Origin: Rhynchopus sp. YZ270_cl-10
Taxonomy: Eukaryota
Length of the DNA: 64,000 nt
Assembly: GCA_964035575.1 (NCBI GenBank)
Contig: OZ037838.1
Span: 1 to 64,000, forward strand
Direction: 5' to 3'
Part shown: positions 1 to 12,700 of the stretch, one piece after another
Numbering within the stretch: position 1 is the stretch's first letter
Layout: each line of letters begins with the position of its first letter
Made by a program: the position numbers and the translations under genes
The notes under the pieces: generated by a model
The model's input: the letters and a program-made list of their open reading frames with translations, nothing else
Told to the model about the DNA's origin: nothing
Databases searched by the model: none

Positions 1-3000
1 TGCGGGTTTGCGGGTTTGCGGGTTTGCGGGTTTACGGGTTTGCGGGTTTGCGGGTTTGCGGGTTTGCGGGTTTGCGGGTTTGCGGGTTTGCGGGTTTGCG
101 GGTTTGCGGGTTTGCGGGTTTGCGGGTTTGCGGTTTGCGGGTTTGCGGGTTTGCGGGTTTGCGGGTTTGCGGGTTTGCGGGTTTGCGGGTTTGCGGGTTT
201 GCGGGTTTGCGGGTTTGCGGGTTTGCGGGTTTGCGGGTTTGCGGGTTTGCGGGTTTGCGGGTTTGCGGGTTTGCGGGTTTGCGGGTTTGCGGGTTTGCGG
301 GTTTGCGGGTTTGCGGGTTTGCGGGTTTGCGGGTTTGCGGGTTTGCGGGTTTGCGGGTTTGCGGGTTTGCGGGTTTGCGGGTTTGCGGGTTTGCGGGTTT
401 GCGGGTTTGCGGGTTTGCGGGTTTGCGGGTTTGCGGGTTTGCGGGTTTGCGGGTTTGCGGGTTTGCGGGTTTGCGGGTTTGCGGGTTTGCGGGTTTGCGG
501 GTTTGCGGGTTTGCGGGTTTGCGGGTTTGCGGGTTTGCGGGTTTGCGGGTTTGCGGGTTTGCGGGTTTGCGGGTTTGCGGGTTTGCGGGTTTGCGGGTTT
601 GCGGGTTTGCGGGTTTGCGGGTTTGCGGGTTTGCGGGTTTGCGGGTTTGCGGGTTTGCGGGTTTGCGGGTTTGCGGGTTTGCGGGTTTGCGGGTTTGCGG
701 GTTTGCGGGTTTGCGGGTTTGCGGGTTTGCGGGTTTGCGGGTTTGCGGGTTTGCGGGTTTGCGGGTTTGCGGGTTTGCGGGTTTGCGGGTTTGCGGGTTT
801 GCGGGTTTGCGGGTTTGCGGGTTTGCGGGTTTGCGGGTTTGCGGGTTTGCGGGTTTGCGGGTTTGCGGGTTTGCGGGTTTGCGGGTTTGCGGGTTTGCGG
901 GTTTGCGGGTTTGCGGGTTTGCGGGTTTGCGGGTTTGCGGGTTTGCGGGTTTGCGGGTTTGCGGGTTTGCGGGTTTGCGGGTTTGCGGGTTTGCGGGTTT
1001 GCGGGTTTGCGGGTTTGCGGGTTTGCGGGTTTGCGGGTTTGCGGGTTTGCGGGTTTGCGGGTTTGCGGGTTTGCGGGTTTGCGGGTTTGCGGGTTTGCGG
1101 GTTTGCGGGTTTGCGGGTTTGCGGGTTTGCGGGTTTGCGGGTTTGCGGGTTTGCGGGTTTGCGGGTTTGCGGGTTTGCGGGTTTGCGGGTTTGCGGGTTT
1201 GCGGGTTTGCGGGTTTGCGGGTTTGCGGGTTTGCGGGTTTGCGGGTTTGCGGGTTTGCGGGTTTGCGGGTTTGCGGGTTTGCGGGTTTGCGGGTTTGCGG
1301 GTTTGCGGGTTTGCGGGTTTGCGGGTTTGCGGGTTTGCGGGTTTGCGGGTTTGCGGGTTTGCGGGTTTGCGGGTTTGCGGGTTTGCGGGTTTGCGGGTTT
1401 GCGGGTTTGCGGGTTTGCGGGTTTGCGGGTTTGCGGGTTTGCGGGTTTGCGGGTTTGCGGGTTTGCGGGTTTGCGGGTTTGCGGGTTTGCGGGTTTGCGG
1501 GTTTGCGGGTTTGCGGGTTTGCGGGTTTGCGGGTTTGCGGGTTTGCGGGTTTGCGGGTTTGCGGGTTTGCGGGTTTGCGGGTTTGCGGGTTTGCGGGTTT
1601 GCGGGTTTGCGGGTTTGCGGGTTTGCGGGTTTGCGGGTTTGCGGGTTTGCGGGTTTGCGGGTTTGCGGGTTTGCGGGTTTGCGGGTTTGCGGGTTTGCGG
1701 GTTTGCGGGTTTGCGGGTTTGCGGGTTTGCGGGTTTGCGGGTTTGCGGGTTTGCGGGTTTGCGGGTTTGCGGGTTTGCGGGTTTGCGGGTTTGCGGGTTT
1801 GCGGGTTTGCGGGTTTGCGGGTTTGCGGGTTTGCGGGTTTGCGGGTTTGCGGGTTTGCGGGTTTGCGGGTTTGCGGGTTTGCGGGTTTGCGGGTTTGCGG
1901 GTTTGCGGGTTTGCGGGTTTGCGGGTTTGCGGGTTTGCGGGTTTGCGGGTTTGCGGGTTTGCGGGTTTGCGGGTTTGCGGGTTTGCGGGTTTGCGGGTTT
2001 GCGGGTTTGCGGGTTTGCGGGTTTGCGGGTTTGCGGGTTTGCGGGTTTGCGGGTTTGCGGGTTTGCGGGTTTGCGGGTTTGCGGGTTTGCGGGTTTGCGG
2101 GTTTGCGGGTTTGCGGGTTTGCGGGTTTGCGGGTTTGCGGGTTTGCGGGTTTGCGGGTTTGCGGGTTTGCGGGTTTGCGGGTTTGCGGGTTTGCGGGTTT
2201 GCGGGTTTGCGGGTTTGCGGGTTTGCGGGTTTGCGGGTTTGCGGGTTTGCGGGTTTGCGGGTTTGCGGGTTTGCGGGTTTGCGGGTTTGCGGGTTTGCGG
2301 GTTTGCGGGTTTGCGGGTTTGCGGGTTTGCGGGTTTGCGGGTTTGCGGGTTTGCGGGTTTGCGGGTTTGCGGGTTTGCGGGTTTGCGGGTTTGCGGGTTT
2401 GCGGGTTTGCGGGTTTGCGGGTTTGCGGGTTTGCGGGTTTGCGGGTTTGCGGGTTTGCGGGTTTGCGGGTTTGCGGGTTTGCGGGTTTGCGGGTTTGCGG
2501 GTTTGCGGGTTTGCGGGTTTGCGGGTTTGCGGGTTTGCGGGTTTGCGGGTTTGCGGGTTTGCGGGTTTGCGGGTTTGCGGGTTTGCGGGTTTGCGGGTTT
2601 GCGGGTTTGCGGGTTTGCGGGTTTGCGGGTTTGCGGGTTTGCGGGTTTGCGGGTTTGCGGGTTTGCGGGTTTGCGGGTTTGCGGGTTTGCGGGTTTGCGG
2701 GTTTGCGGGTTTGCGGGTTTGCGGGTTTGCGGGTTTGCGGGTTTGCGGGTTTGCGGGTTTGCGGGTTTGCGGGTTTGCGGGTTTGCGGGTTTGCGGGTTT
2801 GCGGGTTTGCGGGTTTGCGGGTTTGCGGGTTTGCGGGTTTGCGGGTTTGCGGGTTTGCGGGTTTGCGGGTTTGCGGGTTTGCGGGTTTGCGGGTTTGCGG
2901 GTTTGCGGGTTTGCGGGTTTGCGGGTTTGCGGGTTTGCGGGTTTGCGGGTTTGCGGGTTTGCGGGTTTGCGGGTTTGCGGGTTTGCGGGTTTGCGGGTTT

Positions 3001-3399
3001 GCGGGTTTGCGGGTTTGCGGGTTTGCGGGTTTGCGGGTTTGCGGGTTTGCGGGTTTGCGGGTTTGCGGGTTTGCGGGTTTGCGGGTTTGCGGGTTTGCGG
3101 GTTTGCGGGTTTGCGGGTTTGCGGGTTTGCGGGTTTGCGGGTTTGCGGGTTTGCGGGTTTGCGGGTTTGCGGGTTTGCGGGTTTGCGGGTTTGCGGGTTT
3201 GCGGGTTTGCGGGTTTGCGGGTTTGCGGGTTTGCGGGTTTGCGGGTTTGCGGGTTTGCGGGTTTGCGGGTTTGCGGGTTTGCGGGTTTGCGGGTTTGCGG
3301 GTTTGCGGGTTTGCGGGTTTGCGGGTTTGCGGGTTTGCGGGTTTGCGGGTTTGCGGGTTTGCGGGTTTGCGGGTTTGCGGGTTTGCGGGTTTGCGGGTT
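1..3399 (+). repeat. (GCGGGTTT)n 8-bp tandem array, about 425 units, continuing beyond the window start
   Basis: Near-perfect 8-mer with one substitution near 34 and a 1-nt deletion near 132. Ends at the unique core ACACTATATATATTACCGGGTTTCAGGTCAAATGGATGGCAA. Confidence 0.98.
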
Positions 3400-3455
3400 A
3401 CACTATATATATTACCGGGTTTCAGGTCAAATGGATGGCAACGATCCCCACAAGA

Positions 3456-3623
3456 GCGGGTTTGCGGGTTTGCGGGTCTGCGGGTCTGCGGGTCTGCGGG
3501 TCTGCGGGTCTGCGGGTCTGCGGGTCTGCGGGTCTGCGGGTCTGCGGGTCTGCGGGTCTGCGGGTCTGCGGGTCTGCGGGTCTGCGGGTCTGCGGGTCTG
3601 CGGGTCTGCGGGTCTGCGGGTTT
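3456..3623 (+). repeat. (GCGGGTCT)n 8-bp variant array
   Basis: Directly visible T-to-C variant of the upstream 8-mer, following the 3400-3455 core. Confidence 0.95.
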
Positions 3624-3639
3624 GTGTGAGGGCCTTATA

Positions 3640-3990
3640 CAGCCAAAAATCCCTGTTTTTTCAATACAGGGATTTTTGGTCCGGATCTTGGCTTTTATGG
3701 ACAGAATGTAATTTATGGACAGATTTGTCGACATTTCTGTCCATAAATCCCAAAATGGCCAAAAATATTTTTTCAAATGGCTTAATGTAGTGGCTTCATC
3801 GGGGTGATTGTGTCGAAGTATGGTGGTCGTGGGACCAAAAATACGTAGTAGACATTAATTTACGTGGCCTACTGAGCTATGTGGGTACCCTTATGGGACC
3901 ACATACACGGAACTTCTATGTAAACTCATGGTACGTACGTGGTTCCGCCAGTACCCTTGTGCCTGTGTGATACACTACTGCAGCTCAGTA
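3640..3990. repeat. Dispersed double-hairpin module, copy 1
   Basis: Hairpin CCAAAAATCCCTGT..ACAGGGATTTTTGG (3643-3679) and hairpin ATTTATGGACAGA..TCTGTCCATAAAT (3711-3748). Homologous copies at about 8311, 24121, 24503 and 54505. Confidence 0.85.
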
Positions 3991-4310
3991 TGTACTAGGG
4001 CAGTGCTTCAGAATTCCTCACATTGTATGTTTGCATGTTGTAGTATGATGTTGGAAAGTAGAAGCTGATGCTGGAGTGTGGGTGTTGGCAAAAGAATATG
4101 GAAGGAAGGAATGAATAGATTTTAGACAAGTGGTAAAGCAAAATACGGGTGCATTGGGTTTGATTGACCTTTCTTTTTTTGTTTTTGTTGGAACATTTGT
4201 TTTCATATCTCTGTATTTGAAGAAAACATTGACATGACAGGCTAGATGTGTCTTGTCGTCCTTCCCCAGTCTCAGTTTTTGTATTTCCTCCCTATGGCCT
4301 AAAAAAAACC

Positions 4311-4856
4311 CTAGTTTCTTGACTTCATGGAGGATGACAGCCAGTCAAGTCCTTCATACAAACCTTCACCAGTTGCGGCGCAACTTCCCTGGATGTACCA
4401 CTCCCGGAGCCTTAGAGAGTGCAGCCCAAGTTTGTCAGTCATTTCAGCTGGGGTCATCGCCTTTGGAAGATCCTGTTTGTTTGCAAGCACAAGAAGTGTT
4501 GCATCACGGAGGGCATCATCTGTTGCCAGCTTGTGCAGCTCATCACGTGCAAGATAAATTCTTTCCCTGTCGTTGCTGTCAACAACAAATATAATGCCAT
4601 CAGTCCCCTCAAAGTAGTGGCGCCACAGCGGTCTCAGCTTGTCCTGGCCACCAATGTCCCACATGGTGAACTTGAGGTTCTTGTACTCCACTGTCTCCAC
4701 ATTGAACCCGATTGTCGGTATGGATGTGATCAAATCCCCTAACTTCAGCTTGTACAGCACAGTGGTCTTGCCAGAAGCATCGAGCCCCACCATCAGCATC
4801 TTCACATTCTTCTTCCCTGCAAAGAGCGTTGTCAGTGCAGAGGCAATGTTACCCAT
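4311..4856 (-). CDS. ARF: ADP-ribosylation factor (Arf family small GTPase), copy 1
   Basis: 181 aa. Gly2 myristoylation site, GLDASGKT (G1), [14 protein letters not shown] (G3), NKQD (G4), SCA (G5). Confidence 0.95.
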   Translation of the reverse strand: MGNIASALTTLFAGKKNVKMLMVGLDASGKTTVLYKLKLGDLITSIPTIGFNVETVEYKNLKFTMWDIGGQDKLRPLWRHYFEGTDGIIFVVDSNDRERIYLARDELHKLATDDALRDATLLVLANKQDLPKAMTPAEMTDKLGLHSLRLREWYIQGSCAATGEGLYEGLDWLSSSMKSRN

Positions 4857-5149
4857 TGTGAAGGTTTATGTGTGAGTTTTGTGTTAATATCTGGGTGAAG
4901 TGGATGGAGTGGCGTTTGTGGGTTTGTGGGGTGGGTTTGGGGTCAGTTCAGTGAGGTGGGATTTGTAACACACCTCCCACCTAAGCCCAACCCACCACGG
5001 TGTGTACACCATAGTTGTACACAATCCCTACACCAACTAGCCAGCCAACCTCACTAGTGTCCCCTTCACTATTGTGTAAGAGTCCCGTTATCATCGGACG
5101 TGTTGTTTCCCAACATATAGACCATGTATACCGTGCAGAGTGTAGAGTG

Positions 5150-8100
5150 TGTACACTGTGTATACCTGCAACCCATGCCTTTTATGGTTGGTCAGTGGGT
5201 TAGTAGGAGTGCCGTCACCATAGGATCTGTGGGTCGGAACATATATTAGCAATATTTTGTACTGTGTATACTGTGTATACTGTATACACTGTACACACTG
5301 TTAACACTGTGTACACGGTGTATACTATGTATACCCGCAACCCTTGCCTTTTATGGTTGGTCAGTGGGTTAGCAGGAGTGCCGTCACCATAGGAATAATA
5401 ATCTTAACATATATTAGCAATATTTTGCCCTGTGTATACTGTGTGCACTGTATACACTGTGTACACTGTTTACACTGTGTACACTGTTTACACTGTGTAC
5501 ACTGTATACACTGTACACACTGTTAACATTGTGTACACTGTGTATACTGTGTATACCAGCAACCCTTGCCTTTTATGGTTGGTCAGTGGGTTAGTAGGAG
5601 TGCCGTCACCATAGGAATAATAATCTTAACATATATTAGCAATATTTTGTCCTGTGTATACCGTGTATACTGTATACACTGTGTACACTCTTTACACTGT
5701 GTACACTGTGTACACTGTGTACACTGTGTACACTGTGTACACTGTGTACACTGTGTATACTGTGTATACCAGCAACCCTTGCCTTTTATGGTTGGTCAGT
5801 GAGTTTGTAGGAGTGCCGTCACCATAGGAATAATAATCTTAACATATATTAGCAATATTTTGCCCTGTGTATACTGTGTACACTGTATACACTGTGTACA
5901 CCGTGTACACTGTGTACACACTGTTAACATTGTGTACACTGTGTATACTGTGTATACCAGCAACCCTTGCCTTTTATGGTTGGTCAGTGAGTTTGTAGGA
6001 GTGCCGTCACCATAGGAATAATAATCTTAACATATATTAGCAATATTTTGCCCTGTGTATACTGTGTACACTGTATACACTGTGTACACTGTGTACACAC
6101 TGTTTCCACCGTGTACACTGTGTACACTGTGTATACTGTGTATACCAGCAACCCTTGCCTTTTATGGTTGGTCAGTGGGTTAGCAGGAGTGCCGTCACCA
6201 TAGGAATAATAATCTTAACATATATTAGCAATATTTTGCCCTGTGTATACTGTGTACTCTGTATACACTGTGTACACTGTGTACACTGTTTACACCGTGT
6301 ACACTGTGTACACACTGTTAACATTGTGTACACTGTGTATACTGTGTATACCAGCAACCCTTGCCTTTTATGGTTGGTCAGTGGGTTTGTAGGAGTGCCG
6401 TCACCATAGGAATAATAATCTTAACATATATTAGCAATATTTTGCCCTGTGTATACTGTGTGCACTGTATACACTGTGTACACTGTATACACTGTGTACA
6501 CTGTTTACACTGTGTACACTGTACACACTGTTAACACTGTGTGTATACTGTGTATACCAGCAACCCTTGCCTTTTATGGTTGGTCAGTGGGTTTGTAGGA
6601 GTGCCGTCACCATAGGAATAATAATCTTAACATATATTAGCAATATTTTGCCCTGTGTTTTCTGTGTACACTGTATACACTGTGTACACTGTGTACACAC
6701 TGTTAACACTGTGTACACTGTGTATACTGTGTATACCAGCAACCCTTGCCTTTTATGGTTGGTCAGTGAGTTTGTAGGAGTGCCGTCACCATAGGAATAA
6801 TAATCTTAACATATATTAGCAATATTTTGCCCTGTGTTTTCTGTGTATACTGTATACACTGTGTACACTCTTTACACTGTGTACACTGTGTACACTGTGT
6901 ACACTGTGTACACTGTGTACACTGTGTACACTGTGTATACTGTGTATACCAGCAACCCTTGCCTTTTATGGTTGGTCAGTGAGTTTGTAGGAGTGCCGTC
7001 ACCATAGGAATAATAATCTTAACATATATTAGCAATATTTTGCCCTGTGTATACTGTGTACACTGTATACACTGTGTACACTGTGTACACACTGTTTCCA
7101 CCGTGTACACTGTGTATACTGTGTATACCAGCAACCCTTGCCTTTTATGGTTGGTCAGTGGGTTAGAAGGAGTGCCGTCACCATAGGAATAATAATCTTA
7201 ACATATATTAGCAATATTTTGCCCTGTGTATACTGTGTGCACTGTATACACTGTGTACACTGTTTACACTGTGTACACTGTGTACACTGTGTACACTGTA
7301 CACACTGTTAACCCTGTGTACACTGTGTATACTGTGAACACCAGCAACCCTTGCCTTTTATGGTGGGTCAGTGGGTTTGTAGGAGTGCCGTCACCATAGG
7401 AATAATAATCTTAACATATATTAGCAATATTTTGCCCTGTGTATACTGTGTACACTGTATACACTGTGTACACTGTGTACACTGTTTACACCGTGTACAC
7501 TGTGTACACACTGTTAACATTGTGTACACTGTGTATACTGTGTATACCAGCAACCCTTGCCTTTTATGGTTGGTCAGTGAGTTTGTAGGAGTGCCGTCAC
7601 CATAGGAATAATAATCTTAACATATATTAGCAATATTTTGCCCTGTGTATACTGTGTACACTGTATACACTGTGTACACTGTGTACACTGTTTACACCGT
7701 GTACACTGTGTACACACTGTTAACATTGTGTACACTGTGTATACTGTGTATACCAGCAACCCTTGCCTTTTATGGTTGGTCAGTGGGTTTGTAGGAGTGC
7801 CGTCACCATAGGAATAATAATCTTAACATATATTAGCAATATTTTGCCCTGTGTATACTGTGTGCACTGTATACACTGTGTACACTGTATACACTGTGTA
7901 CACTGTTTACACTGTGTACACTGTACACACTGTTAACACTGTGTGTATACTGTGTATACCAGCAACCCTTGCCTTTTATGGTTGGTCAGTGGGTTTGTAG
8001 GAGTGCCGTCACCATAGGAATAATAATCTTAACATATATTAGCAATATTTTGCCCTGTGTTTTCTGTGTACACTGTATACACTGTGTACACTGTTTACAC

Positions 8101-8300
8101 TGTGTACACTGTGTACACACTGTTAACACTGTGTACACTGTGTATACTGTGTATACCAGCAACCCTTGCCTTTTATGGTTGGTCAGTGAGTTTGTAGGAG
8201 TGTCGTCACCATAGGAATAATAATCTTAACATATATTAGCAATATTTTGTCCTGTATACTGTGTATACTGTGTACCCTATGTAGTGCTCTATGTACACTG
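5150..8300 (+). repeat. Composite minisatellite, about 16 units of ~180-225 bp
   Basis: A constant ~100-bp block (CAGCAACCCTTGCCTTTTATGGTTGGTCAGTG...AGCAATATTTTG) alternates with a variable-length (CTGTGTACA)n tract. Confidence 0.95.
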
Positions 8301-8310
8301 TGTGGAGCAA

Positions 8311-8665
8311 AGCCAAAAATCCCTGTATTTTCAATACAGGGAGTTTTGGCCAGGATCTTGGCTTTTATGGACAGAACGTAATTTATGGACAGATTTGTCA
8401 ACATTTCTGTCCATAAATCCCATGGCCAAAAATATTTTTTCAAATGGCTTACTGTAGTGGCTTCATCGGAGCAATTGAGGCGAAGTCTGGTGGTCGTGGG
8501 CCCAAAAATACATGGTAGACATCAGTTTACTTGGCCTACTGAGGTCTGTGGGTACCCTTACAGAGTCATACACAGGGAATTACTGTGTAAACTCATCGTA
8601 CGTGGGGTTCCCCAGAACCCTTGTGCACCAGTCCAACATGTGTGATACACTACTGCAGCTCAGTC
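8311..8665. repeat. Dispersed double-hairpin module, copy 2
   Basis: Same two hairpins (8312-8350 and about 8381-8418) and same downstream sequence as 3640-3990. Confidence 0.85.
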
Positions 8666-8984
8666 TGCGGTCAGAATTCCTCACCTTGTATATTTGCATG
8701 TTGTAGTATGATGTAGGAAAGTAGAAGCTGATGTTGGCGTGTGGGTGTTGGGCAAAATAATATGGAAGGAAGGAATGAATAAATTTTAGACAAGTGAAAA
8801 AGCAAAAATACGGGTGCATTGGGTTTGATTGAACTTTTTATTTTTGTTTTTGTTGGAGCATTTGTTTTCATATCTCTGTATTTAAAGAAAACATGACATA
8901 ACATGACATGACAGGCTAGATGTGTCTTGTCGTCCCTCCCCAGTCTCAGTTTTTGTATTTCCTCCCTATGGCTTTTAATATACC

Positions 8985-9530
8985 CTAGTTTCTTGACTTC
9001 ATGGAGGATGACAGCCAGTCAAGTCCTTCATACAAACCTTCACCAGTTGCAGCGCAACTTCCCTGGATGTACCACTCCCGGAGCCTTAGAGAGTGCAGCC
9101 CAAGTTTGTCAGTCATTTCAGCTGGGGTCATCGCCTTTGGAAGATCCTGTTTGTTTGCAAGCACAAGAAGTGTTGCATCACGGAGGGCATCATCTGTTGC
9201 CAGCTTGTGCAGCTCATCACGTGCAAGAGAAGTTCTGTCCCTGTCGTTGCTGTCAACAACAAATATAATGCCATCAGTCCCCTCAAAGTAGTGGCGCCAC
9301 AGCGGTCTCAGCTTGTCCTGGCCACCAACGTCCCACATGGTGAACTTGAGGTTCTTGTACTCCACTGTCTCCACATTGAACCCGATTGTCGGTATGGATG
9401 TGATCAAATCCCCTAACTTCAGCTTGTACAGAACAGTGGTCTTGCCAGAAGCATCGAGCCCCACCATCAGCATCTTCACATTCTTCTTCCCTGCAAAGAG
9501 CGTTGTCAGTGCAGAGGCAATGTTACCCAT
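8985..9530 (-). CDS. ARF: ADP-ribosylation factor (Arf family small GTPase), copy 2
   Basis: 181 aa with all G motifs intact (WDVGGQ). Differs from copy 1 at 3 residues. Confidence 0.95.
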   Translation of the reverse strand: MGNIASALTTLFAGKKNVKMLMVGLDASGKTTVLYKLKLGDLITSIPTIGFNVETVEYKNLKFTMWDVGGQDKLRPLWRHYFEGTDGIIFVVDSNDRDRTSLARDELHKLATDDALRDATLLVLANKQDLPKAMTPAEMTDKLGLHSLRLREWYIQGSCAATGEGLYEGLDWLSSSMKSRN

Positions 9531-9629
9531 GGTGAAAATATATGTGTCACTTTTGTGTTACTGTAGTAATATCTGGGTGGAGTGGGTGGAGTGAGCGGAG
9601 GGGGTTGGTATGGGCTCAGTTCAGTGAGG

Positions 9630-10085
9630 TTGGAGAGTTTGTAGGAGTGTCCTCATCATAGAACATATAGGCTATGACCATCACCGTGAAGACTGTGTAT
9701 AGTGTGTACACTGTGTAAACCTGCAACTAATGCCTCTTATGGTTGGTCAGTGAGTTTGTAGGAGTGCCGTCATCATAGAACATGTAGTTTGGAACATATA
9801 GGCTATGATCAGCACTGTGTATACTATGTATAGTGTGAAAAGTGTGTACACTGTGTACACTGTGTACACTGTGTATACCTGCAACTCATGCCTCTTATGG
9901 TTGGTCAGTGAGTTTGTAGGAGTGCCGTCATCATAGAACATGTAGTTTGGAACATATAGGCCATGATCAGTACTGTGTTTGCTGTGTATACAAGTATATA
10001 CAGTGTATGGTGTGTATACAGTGTATACTGTGTATACCTGATACTCATGCCTCTTATGGTTGGTAGGAGTGCCATCATAGAAAGT
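9630..10085 (+). repeat. Degenerate copies of the minisatellite unit between ARF and actin
   Basis: About 3-4 diverged TTATGGTTGGTCAGTGAGTTTGTAGGAGTGCCGTCA blocks with TGTGTACAC-like spacers. A homologous stretch lies at about 55830-56120. Confidence 0.75.
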
Positions 10086-10717
10086 GTTGTTTCCGATAAT
10101 CGATAGACTGCCGAAAATATTCTATAATAACATCAGTTTTCTTGTCTTTTGTGCCTGTTATATTATGCGCAAAGGTTTGTATAGAGAAGGTAGCAGAGGG
10201 TATTCTTAATGCTATGGAGGCTTGGAAAGAGGTAGATTAGTTTCTGTTATTGTTATGTATGTGTTGGACAGAGGTATTATTGTTTTCTGTGTGGTGTGTG
10301 TGTTGGGGTTTATGGGTGTTTCAAGCATAACAGGGAAAATAGTATGTTTCTTTTTTATTTTTTCTCTTTTTGGCTTTGTTTTTTGCTTTTGTTTCTGCTT
10401 TGGAGTTTTTTTTGTTCTTTTGTTTGCTGTCTTATTTTCTTTTGTATTCATGTCTCCTTTTATTATTTTGGTTTTATTTGCTTTTGTGTTAAAAATATAT
10501 TTGTTTTTTTGTTTGTATCATTTGTAATTTTTGCCGCATACGAATATACAGTACAATCAAATAAAAAAAATCCACACTACAGGCAAGTTCTCGCAATAAC
10601 CCTATCCCCGACACCCCGAAAGTTTGTATTTGTTTTTTTGTTTTGTCTTGATTTAAATGATTTTTCTTTTGCATTTTTTATTTTAAATTCTTTGTGTTCA
10701 TTTGTCGTTTTTTATGA

Positions 10718-11894
10718 CTAGAAGCACTTCTTATGAACAATCCCTGGGCCACTCTCATCATACTCCTCCTTCTTGACCCACATGGACGCAAAGGTGGAAA
10801 GGGAAGAGAGAATAGACCCTCCAATCCACACAGAGTACTTTCTCTCTGGTGGGGCAACAACCTTGATCTTCATGCTGTTTGGTGCCAGGTTTGTGACTTC
10901 CTTGGAAAGACGGTCTGCAAGCCCCTCGTACATGGTAGTTCCTCCTGAGAGAACAATGTTGGCGTACAAGTCCTTACGCACATCGATGTCACACTTCATG
11001 ATGGAGTTGTACACCGTCTCATGGATGCCATTTGCCTCAAGCCCAATGAACTGTGGCTTGAAGAGTGCCTCAGGGCAACGGAATCTCTCAGAGCCCACTG
11101 TGATCACCTGTCCATCGGGAAGCTCGTAGTCCTTTTCCAACGACGACGATGACGAGGCCAGGGACATCTCCTCGTCAAAGTCCTGGTGGTGGGTTTTTAG
11201 GTTTTCTTTTTCCTGTACAAAATATGCATACCAAGGCAACGTAGGCGAGTTTTTCTTTCACATCACGCACAATCTCGCGCTCTGCAGAGGTGACAAAGCT
11301 GTTACCACGTTCTGTCAGAAGCTTAATCATCCAGTCTGTCATGTCTCTTCCAGCCATGTCAATACGAAGCACGGCGTGTGGCAGAGAGTACCCCTCGTAG
11401 ATGGGAACTGTGTGGGTCACACCATCTCCTGAGTCAAGAACAATTCCTGTTGTGCGTCCAGACGAGTACAGGGACAGCACCGCCTGGATCCCAACGTACA
11501 TTGCAGGGCTGTTGAACGTCTCAAACATGATCTGTGTCATCTTTTCACGGTTGGCCTTTGGGTTCATGGGCGCTTCTGTGAGAAGCACAGGGTGATCCTC
11601 AGGTGCAACACGGAGCTCGTTGAAGAAGGTGTGGTGCCAGATCTTTTCCATATCATCCCAGTTTGTGATGATACCATGCTCAATCGGATACTTAATCAGC
11701 AGAATACCACGCTTGGACTGTGCATCGTCACCAATATAGGCTTCCTTCTTTGCTGTTCCCATCATTGCTGCAGCGGTCTTTGGCCTTCCAACAATGGACG
11801 GAAACACGGACCTCGGGGCATCGTCTCCTGCGAAACCTGCCTTCACCATCCCAGACCCATTGTCACAGACGATTGCTTGCTGGTCATCATCCAT
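10718..11894 (-). CDS. ACT: Actin, 375 aa, two exons: complement(join(10718..11182,11232..11894))
   Basis: [36 protein letters not shown] and C-terminal IVHKKCF. Removing a 49-nt GT..AG intron (11183-11231) joins AYVAL to DFDEEM. The exons total 663+465 nt, giving 375 aa plus stop. Confidence 0.96.
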
Positions 11895-12700
11895 GTTGAA
11901 GTTTGTACGTGTTTAAGGGTATGTGTTGTTCTGTGGTTTGAGTCTATGGGTATATACTTGTGGTGGGGGGGTTTGGCCGGGTGGTTTACGGTCAGGGCCA
12001 CAACCCACACACACACAGCAGGGACCTCCAAACCAGTGAGAAACCAGAAAACCAAAGAGAAAACACCATGCACCAAAAAAAAGGCAAAATCCTGGAATAT
12101 TTTCCGAATGCAAAAATTGAGCTTTTATGGACAGAACCAAATTTATGGACAGAATATCCGTAAAATCTGTCCATAAATTACAACCCCCCCGTGTGTTGTC
12201 TTAGGTGTTCCTGTGCTGAGAGGTGTGGAGACTTACAAATGAGAGGACTGGGGAGTGGAGAATTCTGAGGACATTGCCTCATGCCTTTTGGGTTTGCGTG
12301 GGTTTGTGGGTGAGTAACACCATGGGAGTGCCTAGGGAGCTGACCTTTCCCTAGAAGCCTAGAAACCGAGAGAGGTGTGTGAATGTATACTTCCCTTTGT
12401 ACACATGAAGTTGTGGTTCTCTGGTGAGCTGTGGTGTGATGTGTTGTTGTTTCTTGGCTGGGGGAAGGTAAAAAACTATGTCTAAGCAGAGGAAGTGGGG
12501 GAGATATCACTTTTTTTCTTTTTTCCTTCATTTTTGTGAAACAGTGCAAGCTCTTTATTTTTTTTTTCTCTCTTTGCATCCTTCTTTATTTGATTTCTTT
12601 CTTTTTTTTTTTTTCTTCTTTTTTTTATGTGAGGGTAGGTAGAGGGGTTCACATATGGGTGACTGGTCATCTGGGTTTGCGGAACTGGCGTAGTTACATA

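Noticed and set aside
1..3399. A true chromosome-end telomere
   Set aside because: The G-rich strand is on + at the left edge, the opposite of a left telomere, and the same repeat occurs internally at 24963 and 49077.
8..3790. 1200-aa ORFs of repeated LRVCGFAG in all three + frames
   Set aside because: Artefact of a stop-free 8-bp repeat. The same peptide appears in every frame and no ATG start is present.
10212..10721. Phe-rich or Lys-rich ORFs downstream of actin
   Set aside because: T-rich low-complexity 3' flank. The frames are not preserved in the second cassette.
10718..11894. Frameshifted actin pseudogene (two overlapping ORFs)
   Set aside because: A GT-AG intron restores an exact 375-aa actin in both copies.
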